A stretch of 64,000 nt of DNA. Origin: the human T2T-CHM13v2.0 reference genome, Homo sapiens. Both the position numbers and the translations under genes were made by a program. The notes under the pieces were generated by a model that searched no databases, was not told the origin of the DNA, and worked only from the letters and a program-made list of their open reading frames with translations. This document shows positions 45,520 to 59,556 of this stretch, one piece after another (the first letter of the stretch is position 1; every line of letters starts with the position of its first letter). The stretch is taken from assembly GCF_009914755.1 (NCBI RefSeq), contig NC_060929.1. One strand, given 5' to 3'.

Positions 45520-48450
45520 ACTTTCAGAAATTTCATTGTACTCATAAGTGGTCATTCCAATACCCTGGCTTCTCAGTTCCTTGAACTCTTCTTCTCTAGT
45601 CGTCTTGTGCTCCACCTCATTCTACCCACTGACTCTCATGCTCATTCATACTTGAGAGTCATCTCTACCCATCACCTTGTTATTACCAAGAAATGCAACC
45701 CTTCCATGATATCAAATGCATGCATCCTACTCTCCACCTACCAACTCCTACCTTCCAGCTTACACCCTCTACTGTTTGGACTCCAGCAATTCTTCTATCT
45801 TAACAGGATTTAAATTCATTGATACTACCACCTTTTTACTGATTCTCACAGTGAATATGATGTTCTTTCTTCCCTTCTCTTTCTTTCTTCCATTCATTCA
45901 TGATCAATTTTTATAATAATTCTATTTCTTCATTTGGCAAAACCACAATTCTAGTCAAATCCAACCCAGTACCTGTGCCCATGCAATTGAATGTAGCTGG
46001 AGAAATGCACACAATCACCTAGACTGGTCTCACTTTAAATTCATATCCATGAGCCAAAGATGAGCCCTTAATGTGCCTGACAATCATACTGTACCTCCCT
46101 AGTTTATTCTATTCACCCACCTACTCTTCTAGATGACTACTTCACACCCTCTTTCTCCTCAAACTTCGAACATCTCCTCCCTCATACTCTCAGCTGTTGA
46201 CCTTGTTTCCTACTTTACTGAGAAAATTGAAACGATCAGAAGAGAATTTCCACTGACTCCCACCACAACATATATGCATCTGTCGGCATCCATATACATA
46301 ACTCTGCCTCTCTCCTGTTACTGTAGATGAATTATCCATGATCCCAGAGCCAATCCCTCTACTTGTGTGCCAGATCCCACTCTTCTACTCTAAGAAAGCA
46401 TTTAGACAATCTCCTCTCACCTTCCCACACCATTAATTGCCTCCTCTCAACTGGCTCATTCCTACCAGCATATAAGCATGCGTTACTTCTATATTAAAAA
46501 ATAATAACAGAGTTTCAGTTCAGAAAGACAAAAAAGTTCTGGAGATGAATGGTGGTGATGGTTGCATAACAATGTGAATGCACTTAATGCCACTGAACTG
46601 CACACTTAAAATGGTTAAAATGGTAAACTTTATATTATGTGTATTTTACCACAGTAAAAAATAATGAAATTAAAACCCCTCCAGATTCAATTTCCCCTAA
46701 CAGCTACCACCCTACTCCTTTGTTCACCTTTGTAGCAAACTTGCAATAAATTCCTTCTCTTCTCTTCCATTCTCTGGTAAATCTACTTACATGAAGCTTT
46801 AACCCCCACTACTGCACTGAAACTGTTCTTGTCAAAATCCCCAATGGCATCCACATTGCCAAACCCATTGATAATGAGGTTAGTACTCATCTAACTTGAC
46901 CCCTCAGCAGCACTGGAACCAGTCAACCTCTCCCTTCTAATTGGTGAACATTCTTCACTCATCTTCCAGGTCACCACATTCTCTTGGTTTTCTTCCTACC
47001 TCACTAGTCACTTTTTCTCAGTCGTCTTTTCTGGCTTCTTCTCTTCTCTCTAACCCTTTAATATTGTAGTGTCTAGGGCTCGAGTCCTTGCTCTTCTTTT
47101 CTGCTCTACCTATGTTCATTCCTTTGGTGATCTCAACTACTTTCATAGCTTTTAATACCACCTATATGCTGTTGATTTCCATATTTATACCTCCAGCCCC
47201 TATCTTACTCTCCACTTAACACATCCACACTATCCAAAACCAAACCCCTTAATTGTCCCCAAAATTTGATCCACTCAGACTCTTCCCATCTCAATGGCGA
47301 TATCATGTCTCCAGTCGCTCAGGTAAAAAAGCTTGGATTTTTTTTTCCTTTTTTTCTGAGACAGAGTCTCGCTCTGTTGCCCAGGCTACAGTGTAGTGGT
47401 GAAATCTCGGTTCACAGCAACTTCTGCCTCCTGGGTTCAAGCATTTCTCGTGCCTCAGTCTCTCAAGTAGCTATAACTACAGGCATGCACCACCATGCCC
47501 AGATAATTTTTGTATGTTTTGTAGAGATGGGGTTTTGCCATGTTGCCCAGGCTGGTCTCAAACTCCTGAGCTCAAGCAATTCGCCCGTCTCAGCCTCCCA
47601 AAGTGCCGGGATTACAGGCATGAGCCACAGTGCCCCGCCTGGATTCATTTTTTTACTCCTCCTTTTCTGTCTCACTCTATATTTTATCTATCAGGAAGTC
47701 TTTTGGGCCTTATCTGTTAAAAATATCTACAATCCAGCCTCTTCTCATCCCCTCTTTCACAACTACAATACACCAAGCCACCACCATGTCTCACCAGATT
47801 TCTTCAGTGGCTACCTAACTGGTTTCCCTGCTTTCACTCTTGCTCCTAAATGTCTATTCTCAACATAGCACACTTTGTGATCCCTTTCAAATAAGTAAAA
47901 TTATATTACTCCTCTGCTCAAACCCTCCAGCAGATCCTTTTTACACTGAAATAAAAGGCCAAGTCTTCACAAAGGCCCACAAGGCCCTATTTGATCTGGC
48001 ACCACTGCTGCTCTAAACTCCGCTCATTCTACTGTAGCCATATGGGCCTTTTTGCTGTTCCCCAAACATGCCAGGCATGCTTCCACCTTAGGGAGAACTC
48101 CCTGTGCCTGAAATTCCTTTCACCATGATATCTACCTGCCTAGCTCCCTTATCTCCTTCCAGTTCTCTGCTCTAATGTCACGTTGTAATTTAGGTCTACC
48201 ATAACCACTCTATTTAAAATTGCAATCCACCCCTCTGCACTCCCATTACCTCCCTCCATTTTTTTTTCTTATAATATTTATAACTTTCTAAATATTATCT
48301 AATTTGCTTATTTATTATGTATATTATTGGTCGCTTACTACCAGAAAGTAAATTCCATGAGGGCAGAGATTTCTGTCTTCTCAATATTCCAAGCACCTGG
48401 AAGAAGTTTTAATATATAGGAGGAACTCAAATATTACTCAATGAATGGAT
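45520..48450 (+). mobile_element. Long L2 relic with nested L1MB 3' end (about 46505-46670) and Alu
   Basis: CT-rich L2 ORF2 motifs (ACTTTACTGAGAAAATTGAAACGATCAGA, ACTGAAACTGTTCTTGTCAA) ending ACTCAATGAATG. Confidence 0.85.
47338..47642 (-). mobile_element. Alu (J/S)
   Basis: Reverse dimer flanked by TGGATT. Confidence 0.95.
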
Positions 48451-49574
48451 AAGCCCAATGTAATGCCTAGCACATGATAGATGCCTACAAAATATCTTAT
48501 ATATGAATGAATGGAGAAATAAATGGTCTATTTATCACTAGACTGTGAGTGTCCCATGGGCAGGGATGTGACATATTCATCTTTGTGTCCCCAGTACCCA
48601 AGACATTAACGGAGATTCCATAAGTGTTGGTTAATTAAAAGAAAAAAACCTGAAAATGAATGAGGTAGGACTGGATCTGTGCGGTACCAGCATTCTAGGG
48701 TCCACGTCTAAGTATCCTGTTTCCTGCATGGCCACTCCCAGCCTGGAGCTTTCCATTTCTGGATCTTTCAGGATATAATTCTCAATTACTAGAAAGAAGT
48801 GGTCCAGTAAACACAATGGAGGAAGGGATGCCTCACTCAGGGAGGGCTTCCCTGCAGGCTTTAACCAAGGCTTCAGCATCTGACTGCACAGGTAGAGTTT
48901 CCAGGTGGGCACACGGTGATCTCAAAAGTAACAGATGCAAAACAGGCTCCCAGATGCTTTAGCTGTTACGTCAGGTTTCCAGGCCCCAAATTCTAGTAAC
49001 CCAGAAACTGGAAAATCAAGTTACTTCAACAAACACATCCCTTGTGTTTTTCTTTCAAGGCGCCACATCTCAATAGGTATGGCTGGCATTGGCTCAGACA
49101 CCTTTGTAGCCCATCATTCATTCTACACTGGGGAGGAAGGGAGTAAAATGGCTCCTTATGCCGAAGTTATGGGATAGGCTGGCTCCTACTTGCCACGTCC
49201 TCAAGTTAGGGAGGAAGCAACAGGCCTTCCTGACTCCAGAGCCCTGCTTTCAACTGGAGAACATAGAGGTTGTCACTTGTAGGAGAGGCAGAAGGGGTGG
49301 TGGTGCAGGAGAGCTTGTGTGAATCTGGAAGTCAGGGAGAGGAGTTGTAACTCTGCTACTGTCCAATTCTATAACCTTGGGGCAAATGATTTCACTCTCA
49401 GGGCCTTAGTTTTCTCAATTTGAAACTAAAATTTTGGACCAGATAATTTAACTATACGATTCTAATAAAACTGAATTATTATTGACCTCTCTAAATCAAT
49501 AGTTTGGGAACATAGCATTGTCTGCAATACACTTGCCTGAACATTCATCTTGACTCTCTCCTCAGTTCAGCTGT

Positions 49575-51100
49575 CATTCATTCATAAAATTAAACATATC
49601 CTAGTGTCAACTACGTGCCAGGCATTGTGCTAGGGCTGGTATACAGCACTGAATATGACAGAACAGTCTCTGCCCTCAGGAGCTTATAGAGAGACATCAA
49701 ACGATTTTTTAGTTACTACCATAAATAAGAGTTTGAAAGACGTGGAAGTGATAGTGGCACTATGTGAACAGATGTAGCACATCTATGGCTTCGTCTGGGA
49801 TTCTAGAAAAACCTCCTTAAGGAAGTAACATCTGAGCTGAGCTCGGAAGGGCAGAGAGCAGTGAACTAGGTGAGGAGGAGGAAGAGCATCTCGGAGAGAG
49901 GGGACAACACGTACAACTGGCCTGCAGCGTGGTCATCTCATGGCAAGGCTGCTGTGGCCAAGGGTGGAGTGTGGAGCAGGGGGCAGAGATGTTGCTGATG
50001 AAGTCAGCACAGGTGAGATCACACAGGGCCTTGGAGGCCACGTGAGGGTTTTGTTGTAATATATGCTAAAGAGATTGGAGCAGAGTAGGAGTGGCAGACT
50101 TAAATGTGATTGGTCTTGGGTTTTTAAAAGCTCACTATGTGGAGAATGAACTCCAAGAGCCACAAGTCAATATAAAAAGACCAGCTATGAAGCAAATACA
50201 GTAAAACAGATGAAAGATGATCAGTATTGACATGGGTGATGTTAGTAAAAAGCAGATAGACTCCAGAAAGATTTAGGAAGTAAAAGTGATAAGATGTGGG
50301 GAGTGGGTAAGAAAGAAGGGAACACAAAGTGCAACTTAAGTGGTTAGATGAGGGAACACTGTTAGAGGACCAAGTTTGGAAAGGGGGTGAGAGTTTCACT
50401 GGGGCATGTCCAGTTTGTGATATCTATGAGATATCAGGTAGAGAAGATGAGTTAGAAGGTGAATATATGAATCTGAAGTGAAAAGGTCTCCAACTACAGA
50501 CCTCTCCAACAACTCCGTAGTTGGAGACCATATTTTAAAATTCTGTAGACAGGAAAGAGCTAAAAAACAGAGAATGGAAGAAAACCTCAGAGAGAAAGGA
50601 GGACAACTAAGGAGGTAACATAATGGAAGCCAAGGGAACAGTACATTTCAAAAAGTCAGGATTAGCCAACAGTGTCAAAATGCTGACAGGTGAAATAATA
50701 TGGGCAATGAAACATGTACATTAGGGTCAGGAACTAGAAGTTCACTTAGAGCAGTTTCGATGGAGTCGGAGATGGTAGAGCAGACAAATGCATATGAGAA
50801 GAGAAGAGGTCATGATATAGAGACAAGAGGTACGGGCTGTTCTTTCAAGGAGATTGGTTGCGAAAGAGAAGAGAAAGATAGGTAGTAATTTAAGATGGGA
50901 GAGACGTGAGTATGATGAAAGATGAATAGAAAGGACTCAGTAGAGACGAAGAGACAGAACGTGCAGTAGAGAGAAGGAAAAGTCAGTGGTGTTAGGCTCC
51001 TGAGAAGGTGAGAAGGGATGGACCACAGGACATAGTGGGAGGACTGGCCTCAGACTAGGGACATCTGTTGCATCAGAGGGGAGGAAGAGAGGACCGATAA
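49575..51100 (-). mobile_element. L2 antisense relics
   Basis: CATTCATTCA...CTACGTGCCAGGCATTGTGCTAGG...TCTGCCCTCAGGAGCTTATAG; GA-rich body. Confidence 0.8.
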
Positions 51101-52594
51101 GTATAAAGGTCAGTTTGCATTCATCCCTCCAAACATGCAAAGTCATAAAGTTAGCTCTTCCAATTTTCCCAAGAAAAACCTCAAAATCTACAGGCCCATG
51201 TGTTCTTGGTGGGCAATGTAGATCCCAGGAAGCAAACAACCTCTACAGGCCCTATCTTGACCCCTGGTAGAAAACTACACTCCGTTCTCTGCAAAGCTCC
51301 TGAGTCAGAACAAGATAAAATGGGAGCTGCTGCAAGCTGAGCTATCCACAGGTCATGTGATAGGATCTCTGGGAGATGGCCCGGCATAACCAGGTCAAAT
51401 GTGGGGACGTGATTGAAAACAGCAATGAAGTAGAAGAGAGGTCTCAAAGTGCCAGCCTGCAGACGAGGGATGGGTGTGTTAGCAGGGAAAAGCTGCCTCA
51501 CCACTCCTTCGTATGGTAACTTTAGAAGAGGAAAACGGAGGCACAGCATCGCTGCCTGACACAACGGTATCTGATTTAATGCTGTAGTCCATAGTGAAAT
51601 GCCACCCACATCATTGCCCAGCCACCTAACTGATAGCTTCCAAAGCCTGGAATCGAGGGCAGTTTCTCCAATTTACTATCTCATAGCCGTGGCACTTGAC
51701 TCTAGGATGAGAATTCATCAGCATCTCTTAGCCCAACTGCAAAAACAGCACTAATACATAGAGATTTAAGAGGACAACAAGCGCATGCCAAGGTGCCAAG
51801 GACGCAGACGACCAACAGATGCTGCCAAATCATAGGTCAGCGCTTGACTCCTGCAGATCCAGACCAACACCACCATCCCCAATCCAGATCCTGCTCCTGA
51901 GCATGCTCTCTTTTCAAACCTTTGAGGCACTCCTTTCTCGGACCACAGAGGAAATACTCATTTACAGTGCCAGTGTTTCTAACAAAAGCTCATCCTCAAG
52001 GGAAAATCAGCAGAAAAGCTGAATTCTGAATGCAGAAGAAATGTAGAGGGACCCTACTTAGAATGCTGCCTCCTAGGTCCATATTATCCAAAGTTCCCAA
52101 AGCACAGGGTAAGACAGAAGGAGAAGAAAAGGCAGGGAATCACGGGGAGGTGATAACTAACACTTAGCAGGCTGCCTATAATAAGCAAATGACATAAGAA
52201 AAATAAACACAGCTCTGGGGAGAGGTGCTGCCAGTGCTGCCCTAGCAGGCCCAAGGACTCAAGGGAGTCATGCTGGGCTAGAAACCCGGTTATTTCTAGG
52301 GCACCAAGCAGCATTGACCTGAATCAGAAGCCACTGGAAGCAGGGGCCACAGAAGGGCCAATCAGAGCCTGAAAAACACAGCCCAGTTCCAACAAGGGGG
52401 CCTTGGTCACTCCATAACCCCAGAGTTGGGGACAGGGAAAGAAACCACAGAACCCTTCAAAGAACCAAGTTCAATCATCTCTTGAGCCTCCACATTAGAC
52501 AGGAGGGAACAACTGGGTAATTCGTAAGAGCAAATAATCCCCTTATCAGTCCTGTTTGTTTTCAGACTGGCTCTTCCTAGAAAGCATGGGTTCA

Positions 52595-52693
52595 GGCTGC
52601 TCCGAGTGCAGTGGTGTTTACAACTAATGCATCACAACCAGTTACAGAATTCTTTATCCCTTCTCCATGCCACTGCTTTCCTTGGCCAGCCTT
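52595..52693 (+). pseudogene. Y3 RNA (RNY3-derived) retropseudogene
   Basis: GGCTGCTCCGAGTGCAGTGGTGTTTACAACTAAT..ATCACAACCAGTTACAGA...CCACTGCTT..CTTG..CAGCCTT matches hY3 end to end; A/T tail; 16-bp TSD with 3 transitions (52579-52594, 52711-52726). Confidence 0.93.
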
Positions 52694-52911
52694 AAAAATA
52701 ATTTTTTTTAAGAAAGTATAAGTTCAAATTAGCTCCATTATAACTCCTGTGACAAGCCTGGAACTCTCCTAATTGTTTTGAGCCTCAGGTTCTTAGATGC
52801 AAAATTGGAAAGGGAGGGCCCACCTCCCTAGGTTGTTGTGAGACTCAAATAAGTAATGTCTATAGAAGTACATGCTCAATAAATGTGAGTGTCTCTTTCT
52901 TACCCCTCTTT

Positions 52912-53155
52912 GGGGCACAATTTTGGCTCACTGCAACCTCAGCCTCCTGGATTAAAACAATTCTCCTGCCTCATCTCCCAAGTAGCTGGGATTACAGGCA
53001 CCTACCTCCACGCCCGGCTAATTTTTGGCATTTTTTAGTAGAGACAGGGTTTCACCATGTTGGCCAGGCTGGTCTCAAACTCCTGATCTCAGATGTCCAT
53101 CCGCCTCAGCCTCCCAAAGTGCTGGGATTACAGGCATGAGCCACCATGCCCAGCT
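52912..53155 (-). mobile_element. AluS lacking its 3' end and A tail
   Basis: Reverse Alu begins at GGCACAATTTTGGCTCACTGC with no preceding poly-T. Confidence 0.92.
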
Positions 53156-54174
53156 GGGATTTATATTCTTAATTTTAAATTTTTCATCTGTATACTCTGA
53201 ACGTACAGCAAGAGGACAGAGGATTAGTGGCTCAGAAGTCTCCTTGCTATTCAACTCAAAAGGTGGAAAGTCCACACCCAGAGAATCAATAAAAGACTGA
53301 AACAATAAGAATTGGTACTAAGTAAGCAGCTCTGGATTTGTAGTAGTCAAATCTGAAGCACGTTCAAAAAGTGAAAAGAAACAAGTACACACTTCTTTGG
53401 TTAATTCATCCTAAAGAAAAGCTTTGTGAATAGCTGATTTCTTGTCCTGCCACTTGGAGGGTTTATGTTATGGATTTCCAGGACAGAGGTATGAGACCCA
53501 GCTCCTCAACTTCTAACACCTCAAAGCCCAATGCAGTCAAACCCAGCATAACATAAACTGTTAACCAAAATGCATCTCACCTTCCACTTTTAAAAGGAAA
53601 AGGAATGATGTCAAAATGTCATTAGGGATTTTCTAATCAATAGAAAAGATATGTCCCAAGATCCGGACACATATGTTCAAGCTAACCTTTTGCTTCCAGA
53701 GATCTGTGCAATGAGAAAGAATGACCAGAACACACTGAATGATGCTTAAAGACAGACTGAGTCTTACACTTACTGAAGCAGCAAAAGCACCACTGCATTT
53801 TAGCAAGATCGTCTCCTAGCAAAGGTTGAGAAAGAAATAGCTTTTCATGTAGAAAAAAGAAGAAAAGAAAGTTTGCATACGTAGCCCACCTGCCTCAGAA
53901 AAGAGTTAGTTTATGTCATCACATCCTCTATGCCATCATTTATAAAGCACAGACAAATTTCAGAGATGTTCATGTGTGGGGGTGGAGAGTAGGGTGAGTA
54001 CATCTCGGAGCCAATGAAGTAGGACATGCCTGCCAGAAGAAATACTCTATCCCGTGTCTCAAACTCCTACTCTGTGGCCTTGCCCTTTAAGTCCTTGGCA
54101 GAAAGACTGTGAGTAGGTTATGCAAAAGGCACTCTCAGAGCATTAATCTTTGAGTGAGCAAACTGGTTCACAGT

Positions 54175-54420
54175 TGTAATAATAACAACAGCATATTTTC
54201 ATACAGCCCTTGGCAGTCTTAAAGCACTTCCACAGACATCATCTCCTCTGATCCTCACAATATCCCTGGTAGGTAAGAAAAGCAAATATCATTAGCTCTA
54301 TTTTATTGTTAACAAAACAGGCTCAAAAAGGTCAGTTGTCCCAAGGTCACAGAGCCAGTAAGTGACAAATGGAGTTTAAACTGACATCTCTGTCTCTCTC
54401 TGCTAGGTCTGTGCTTTCTG
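54175..54420 (-). mobile_element. MIR
   Basis: GATCCTCACAATATCCCTG...TGTCCCAAGGTCACAGAGCCAGTAAGTG. Confidence 0.8.
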
Positions 54421-55059
54421 TTTTATGAGACAAAGTCTGAGGTTAGGACTATTTCAGCAGGTCCAATGAAAAATTCCATAAGTAATGCCTGACCTCTGAA
54501 TTTTGAAGTTCTGCTTCTACTCCCCACTGTTTTGCTAGGAATGGTCCTTTAAGGCCTAAGGTGGGTATGGAACACTGGAATGGACCATACTTTTCCTATG
54601 CCCTGGAAGTCACTGTCCATGACCTAAGAGAGAGCAATCTCAGCACGTTCATGTCATACTACACAAAGCACTCAGGATTCAATAAAATATCACCTCTGCA
54701 ACAACAACATGAGCATGCCCTACTATTTTATTAATGCCTTCTTGAGTTCAGACAGAAGGGCCATGGGATTCCTGAATACACAGGCAACAAGGACAATGAG
54801 AACTTGATTCACCTCTGGTGGCAGGGAGACCTCTGAAGAGCAAAGGTAGAGAGTCAGAAATGGTCTCCCAGCCTCAGCGAGGAACACAACGCATGAAACA
54901 AGCTAATAAGCCTTTCTGTAGGGAATATTAAGTTCATCCTGAAGAATAGCTTAGATATCTGCATGCACAAAAGAAGGCTCCATCCCCAGCCCTCGGTTCT
55001 TTCCTTCCTACAGTCAGACCTCCAGGAGTCCTCTGCCCTTACAGAATCAACAATCCCTT

Positions 55060-56770
55060 CCTTATTTGTTTGCCTGGACTTCTAATTCTACATCTCCAGT
55101 CCAATCCTCTCACTTAGGCTCCTGCTTTCTCTCAAGGCAGTCCCAGCCTTCTCTCTTACTGCTTCTCCAACTCATACTTTATGCTGCAGCCTAACTAGAA
55201 CCACCTGTCATCCTAGTTCAGGTTTGCAGAACTAGGTACTGAACTAGGCATTGTACAGTGTGCTGGTCCCAAAACATGTTTGAGCTTTCTTTCTTCGTGA
55301 TTTTATTCAAGCTTTTATGTCTACCAAGAATGACCTGCCCCTACTACCCACTACCAAAATCCAACTTGACCCATCTTTCAGGGTCTAGCAATAATTCCAT
55401 CTCCTCCTGGAAGTCTTTTCTGATATCCCTAAATACATATTTGTCCTCCCTCTCTCCTTCCTTATGTGCTACTGTTTCTTATAGTACATGATTTAGTACC
55501 CTTATGATTTCACCATTTGCCATTTCCTCATTAGCCCTTTACAAGCTTTTTAATGCTATGTCCATGTTGTACTCATCTTTACCTTTCATGCAAAGGGCTC
55601 TGCACAAAGAAAGCATCCAATAAACATTTGATCTACTATCTACCATATTTCTGCTCAGTCTTCTATCAACAAGAGGAAGTCTAGCATAGATGGCCTGGGT
55701 TCAGAATCCTGGCTCTCCTATTACAGCTTTGTGATCTTGGGAAAATTATTAACCTCTTTATACTTGAGTTTTCCCCTTTGTAATAAAGATGATACTAACA
55801 GTATTTATTTTTATATGATTATTATGGGAACTAAAATGAGTCAACATTTATAAAGTGTTCAGAACAGTGCCAAGTACGTATTAAGTGTCACATAAGTATT
55901 TGTTAAGTAAATAAAATAATTGACAAATGCATCATTTTCCTTCTTAAAATTGCTTTTCCTCATAATTTCTCCATTTTTGTTAATGGTGCTACTATTCTTC
56001 CCAGCTTTCCAAGATCAAAACCTTGACCCTTTTTTCTCCTTCATGCCTGCTACTCAGCTCATCACCAAGTCTCACAGATTCATGAAAGACACTGCCTAGT
56101 TTACCTGCCTCTTCCCCCAGTTTCCCTGGCTTCTAGGACTTTATAACCCCCTCATTGATCTCCAGAACATGCACCTCTACCCAACTCCAGTCCAGTATGA
56201 ATTGTGTATACAAAGTATTTGCAAACATTCCTCTCTTTCTATCATATCCCTGCTCCAATACCTACAATGGCAACCTATCACCTCCAGAACCAAGTCCAAA
56301 TTCCTTTGTCTGTCTCTACAGATCCTCTTTAATCTGGTCCTGCCCTCCTTTCCTAATCTTATCTCCCCTATATCTCTACCCCAACCATGCTAATCTCCTT
56401 GTGGTCCTGTAAAGACATCTGCTTGTTTCTACCTCTGCTGACATTGTCCTTTTGGCCTAGCACCCTATCCCCTATCTGCCTAAATCCTCCAAATCTATTC
56501 ATTCAAGGCTAACCTCCAGTCCTAACTCTGTACTAGAAAATGTCCAGCCCTAATTAATCTTCTCGTTCTCTGAATCCTATAGTCTATTTTACCTTTTTGC
56601 AATTATTATATTTTGCTTTATGTCACTTGCTACTGATTCATGTGAGTTTAATATCCCCAAATGGACTGTAAACCTCTCAAGATCAAGATATATGATTACT
56701 AGACCTCCTTAGCATCCTTCAAAGAAAATAACCAATCAAGGAGCTTAAAAGAATCTCTTAACCAATATTT
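55060..56770 (+). mobile_element. Cluster of L2 and MIR relics
   Basis: L2 3' motifs (CTCCTGGAAGTCTTTTCTGAT, GACTGTAAACCTCTCAAG) and a MIR at about 55680-55905. Confidence 0.7.
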
Positions 56771-57346
56771 GATTTTGAACTTGCCTCTTACTTCCTTTTG
56801 GAGTCAGGAAGTGGAAAGAATGGGACTGCACACCCATCTAGCTGATCCTATATGCTGTGATCACAGATGGTGTGGAAACCCTACCTGGGGGATTTGCTAT
56901 AGCCAAAAAGCCTGTTCTTTCTGTTGACAAACGCCAACAATCTCTGTAATCTAGGTTGCCATATGGTTCGCCCAGCCCTGTAGCAAAATTGGTTTCTCGG
57001 GAATATCAAAGAGACCAAGCAGGCCAAGTCTTCTATCTATGGAGTGCAGAGAGGTCACCTTGAGCTGACCCTACCAAAAACAGGAAGGCGCAGGACCTCC
57101 AAGGACAAGCCAAAGGTCAAACAGACGTAAAACTGACATCCCCTGAGAGACCTGTCAACTGAATGTACCCCTTCTCTGGAATCCAGAAACAGGCTCCCTC
57201 CCCCAAGACTCCTGAGACTACCCTAGAGGAACCCAGCTGGGCAGGGCAGAGGGACGAGGTTACCCTATCCTCACTGTATGGAGAGAGATGCCCAAAGTCA
57301 TAGTTTTATTTTTGTTTTCATAGTATCTGGTCCTGAGGGTTACTAA

Positions 57347-57691
<345 letters not shown>

Positions 57692-59556
57692 CTAATTTGG
57701 GAGGGACGATCCTCATTTTTTGATCAACTCTTCATCATTTCCCCACGCTCCCTCCTTTGTGGATTTCAAAGGCAGGAGGAGGTCAGTCCCCCATTATCTT
57801 CCTAAATTGCCCTAACCCCTCCCATCCAATTATCACAATCACAGACTTATGGAAGCGGCTCGGGTTTGAGACTCAGAAGGAAATACAGGGGAAGTCCAGC
57901 TTCAAGAAAGGAATTCAACATTTGAGACATCTAGATTGTCTCTCAACCCAGGATTTTGCTAAACTTTTCTAAGAAAAACTCTAAACCCATGCAGTCTCTA
58001 TATTTTGAGGCTATTTTTATGCCACTTACCTAACAGGCTCAAACACTCTCTTCACAAGCTCTCACAGCTGAAGAAGAGACTACAATTTGCTGAAAACAAA
58101 AGCCCAGAATGTAAGTACAACCTGCTCAAGGCCATACAGAAAGCAGTGGACTGAGGCTGAACCCAGGGAGGCTGATTTCCAGGAAGGACTTTCATTATTT
58201 CAAAACGAAAAAAACCCCTGACAAGGCCTGATTAGTACCCTCTTCCTCAACTAAACACACATAGCCCAACACTCCTCTGGGCCACCTAAAAGCAGCTGCT
58301 GTCACTTCTGCTTGCTGGATTCAGACTGCAATTCTGCCATTCCTTTTCAACAGTCATGCTGTGCACATACCTGCCATCTCTGTAACACAGCAGAAGGCTC
58401 TAAGTATCAAGAGGGCCCTGGATAAATCACTTATGATAAATAAGCCTCGATTCTGAACCAGCTTTCCAGGCTATGTTCCTTGGGCATGGCACATGTAGGT
58501 ACACTGCAGAGTCACACAGAAGAAACTGTTTCTTCACTCATTTTTCCCTCAGTTAATGTTTATTGAGCGCCTATTACGCACCAAGTACCGTGAAGTTGAT
58601 CGAGATACAGTAGTATAAAAAACAGCCATATTCTCCAATCTTGAATAATCTTTTCAAGGTGCTTCCCATAGAAGCTAATAAAGCACAGACTCAAATCCAC
58701 ATATCAGAGATTTGGCTTTTTTTCTAAAGTAACTGTCTCAATTTACTGCCTTCATATTTCTACCAATATATACATACCTAAGGTCAGTTTCCTTCCATGA
58801 GCCAGATGCTTATTCCCAATGGCCAGTTTTAATTCCAAGATAAAATCCTAAGGTCATTCTCTTCAAGTCACCCAGCAGTTGCTGGTTAACTTACATAAGG
58901 CACAAAAAGATAAAGAAGATACATCTTTTGCTGCAGCTCCATCTTGCACTCAGGAAGCTCACAGTCTGGAGGACCGCACACACACTTGCCCTCCTCCCCC
59001 ATCCGACTATGCCAAGTGATAGACTAGGCCTTTATGTTTACAGAAGAGCAATGAACTGCTACAGAAACACAGGAGGCCATGATTCATTCCGACTGAGGGG
59101 ATCAGAAAAAGCTTTGAGGAGAAGTGGAATCTCAGCTAAGCCCAGAAGGAAGAGGAGGCAAGAAACTGACTGAGAAGAGGAAATGGAAAGGCATACTAAG
59201 CCAAGGAAACAGAATGAGCAAAAGCACTAAAGGATACAAATGTAAAATTTGTTTGAAATTGTCAAGTAGATCATTTTAGCTATGGCAAAGAGTAAGTGTG
59301 AAAGAGTGGACTGAAGGATCACAGATAGGTAGGGGCCAAATTGTGGAAGGTCTTGCATGCCCTGTGAAGAAGTTGCTCTTTATGCCACAGGAAATAGGAA
59401 GCTATTGAAGATTTTGGGGTTGGGAAGAGATAATTACTCTGTTTTAGAAAGTGAATTCTAGCAATAGATAATAGAAGAGAACAGAGAGTCTGAAACTAGG
59501 GAATTCCATTTACAGCCGCTAAGGCAGGCTAGGTGAGATGTAAGTATCCAACTAGA

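Noticed and set aside
45283-45813. 176-aa ORF
   Set aside because: Lies across decayed L2 sequence, uses a non-ATG start and has no recognisable domain.
47266-47868. Longest ORF (200 aa) and similar ORFs with LECSG/PASAS/GFHHV motifs (e.g. 18098-18508, 20193-20525, 43022-43384, 60088-60402)
   Set aside because: Typical translations of antisense Alu sequence.
53930-54130. TATA-like, CCAAT and octamer-like words suggesting a promoter
   Set aside because: Order and spacing do not fit a core promoter, and these short words are common by chance.
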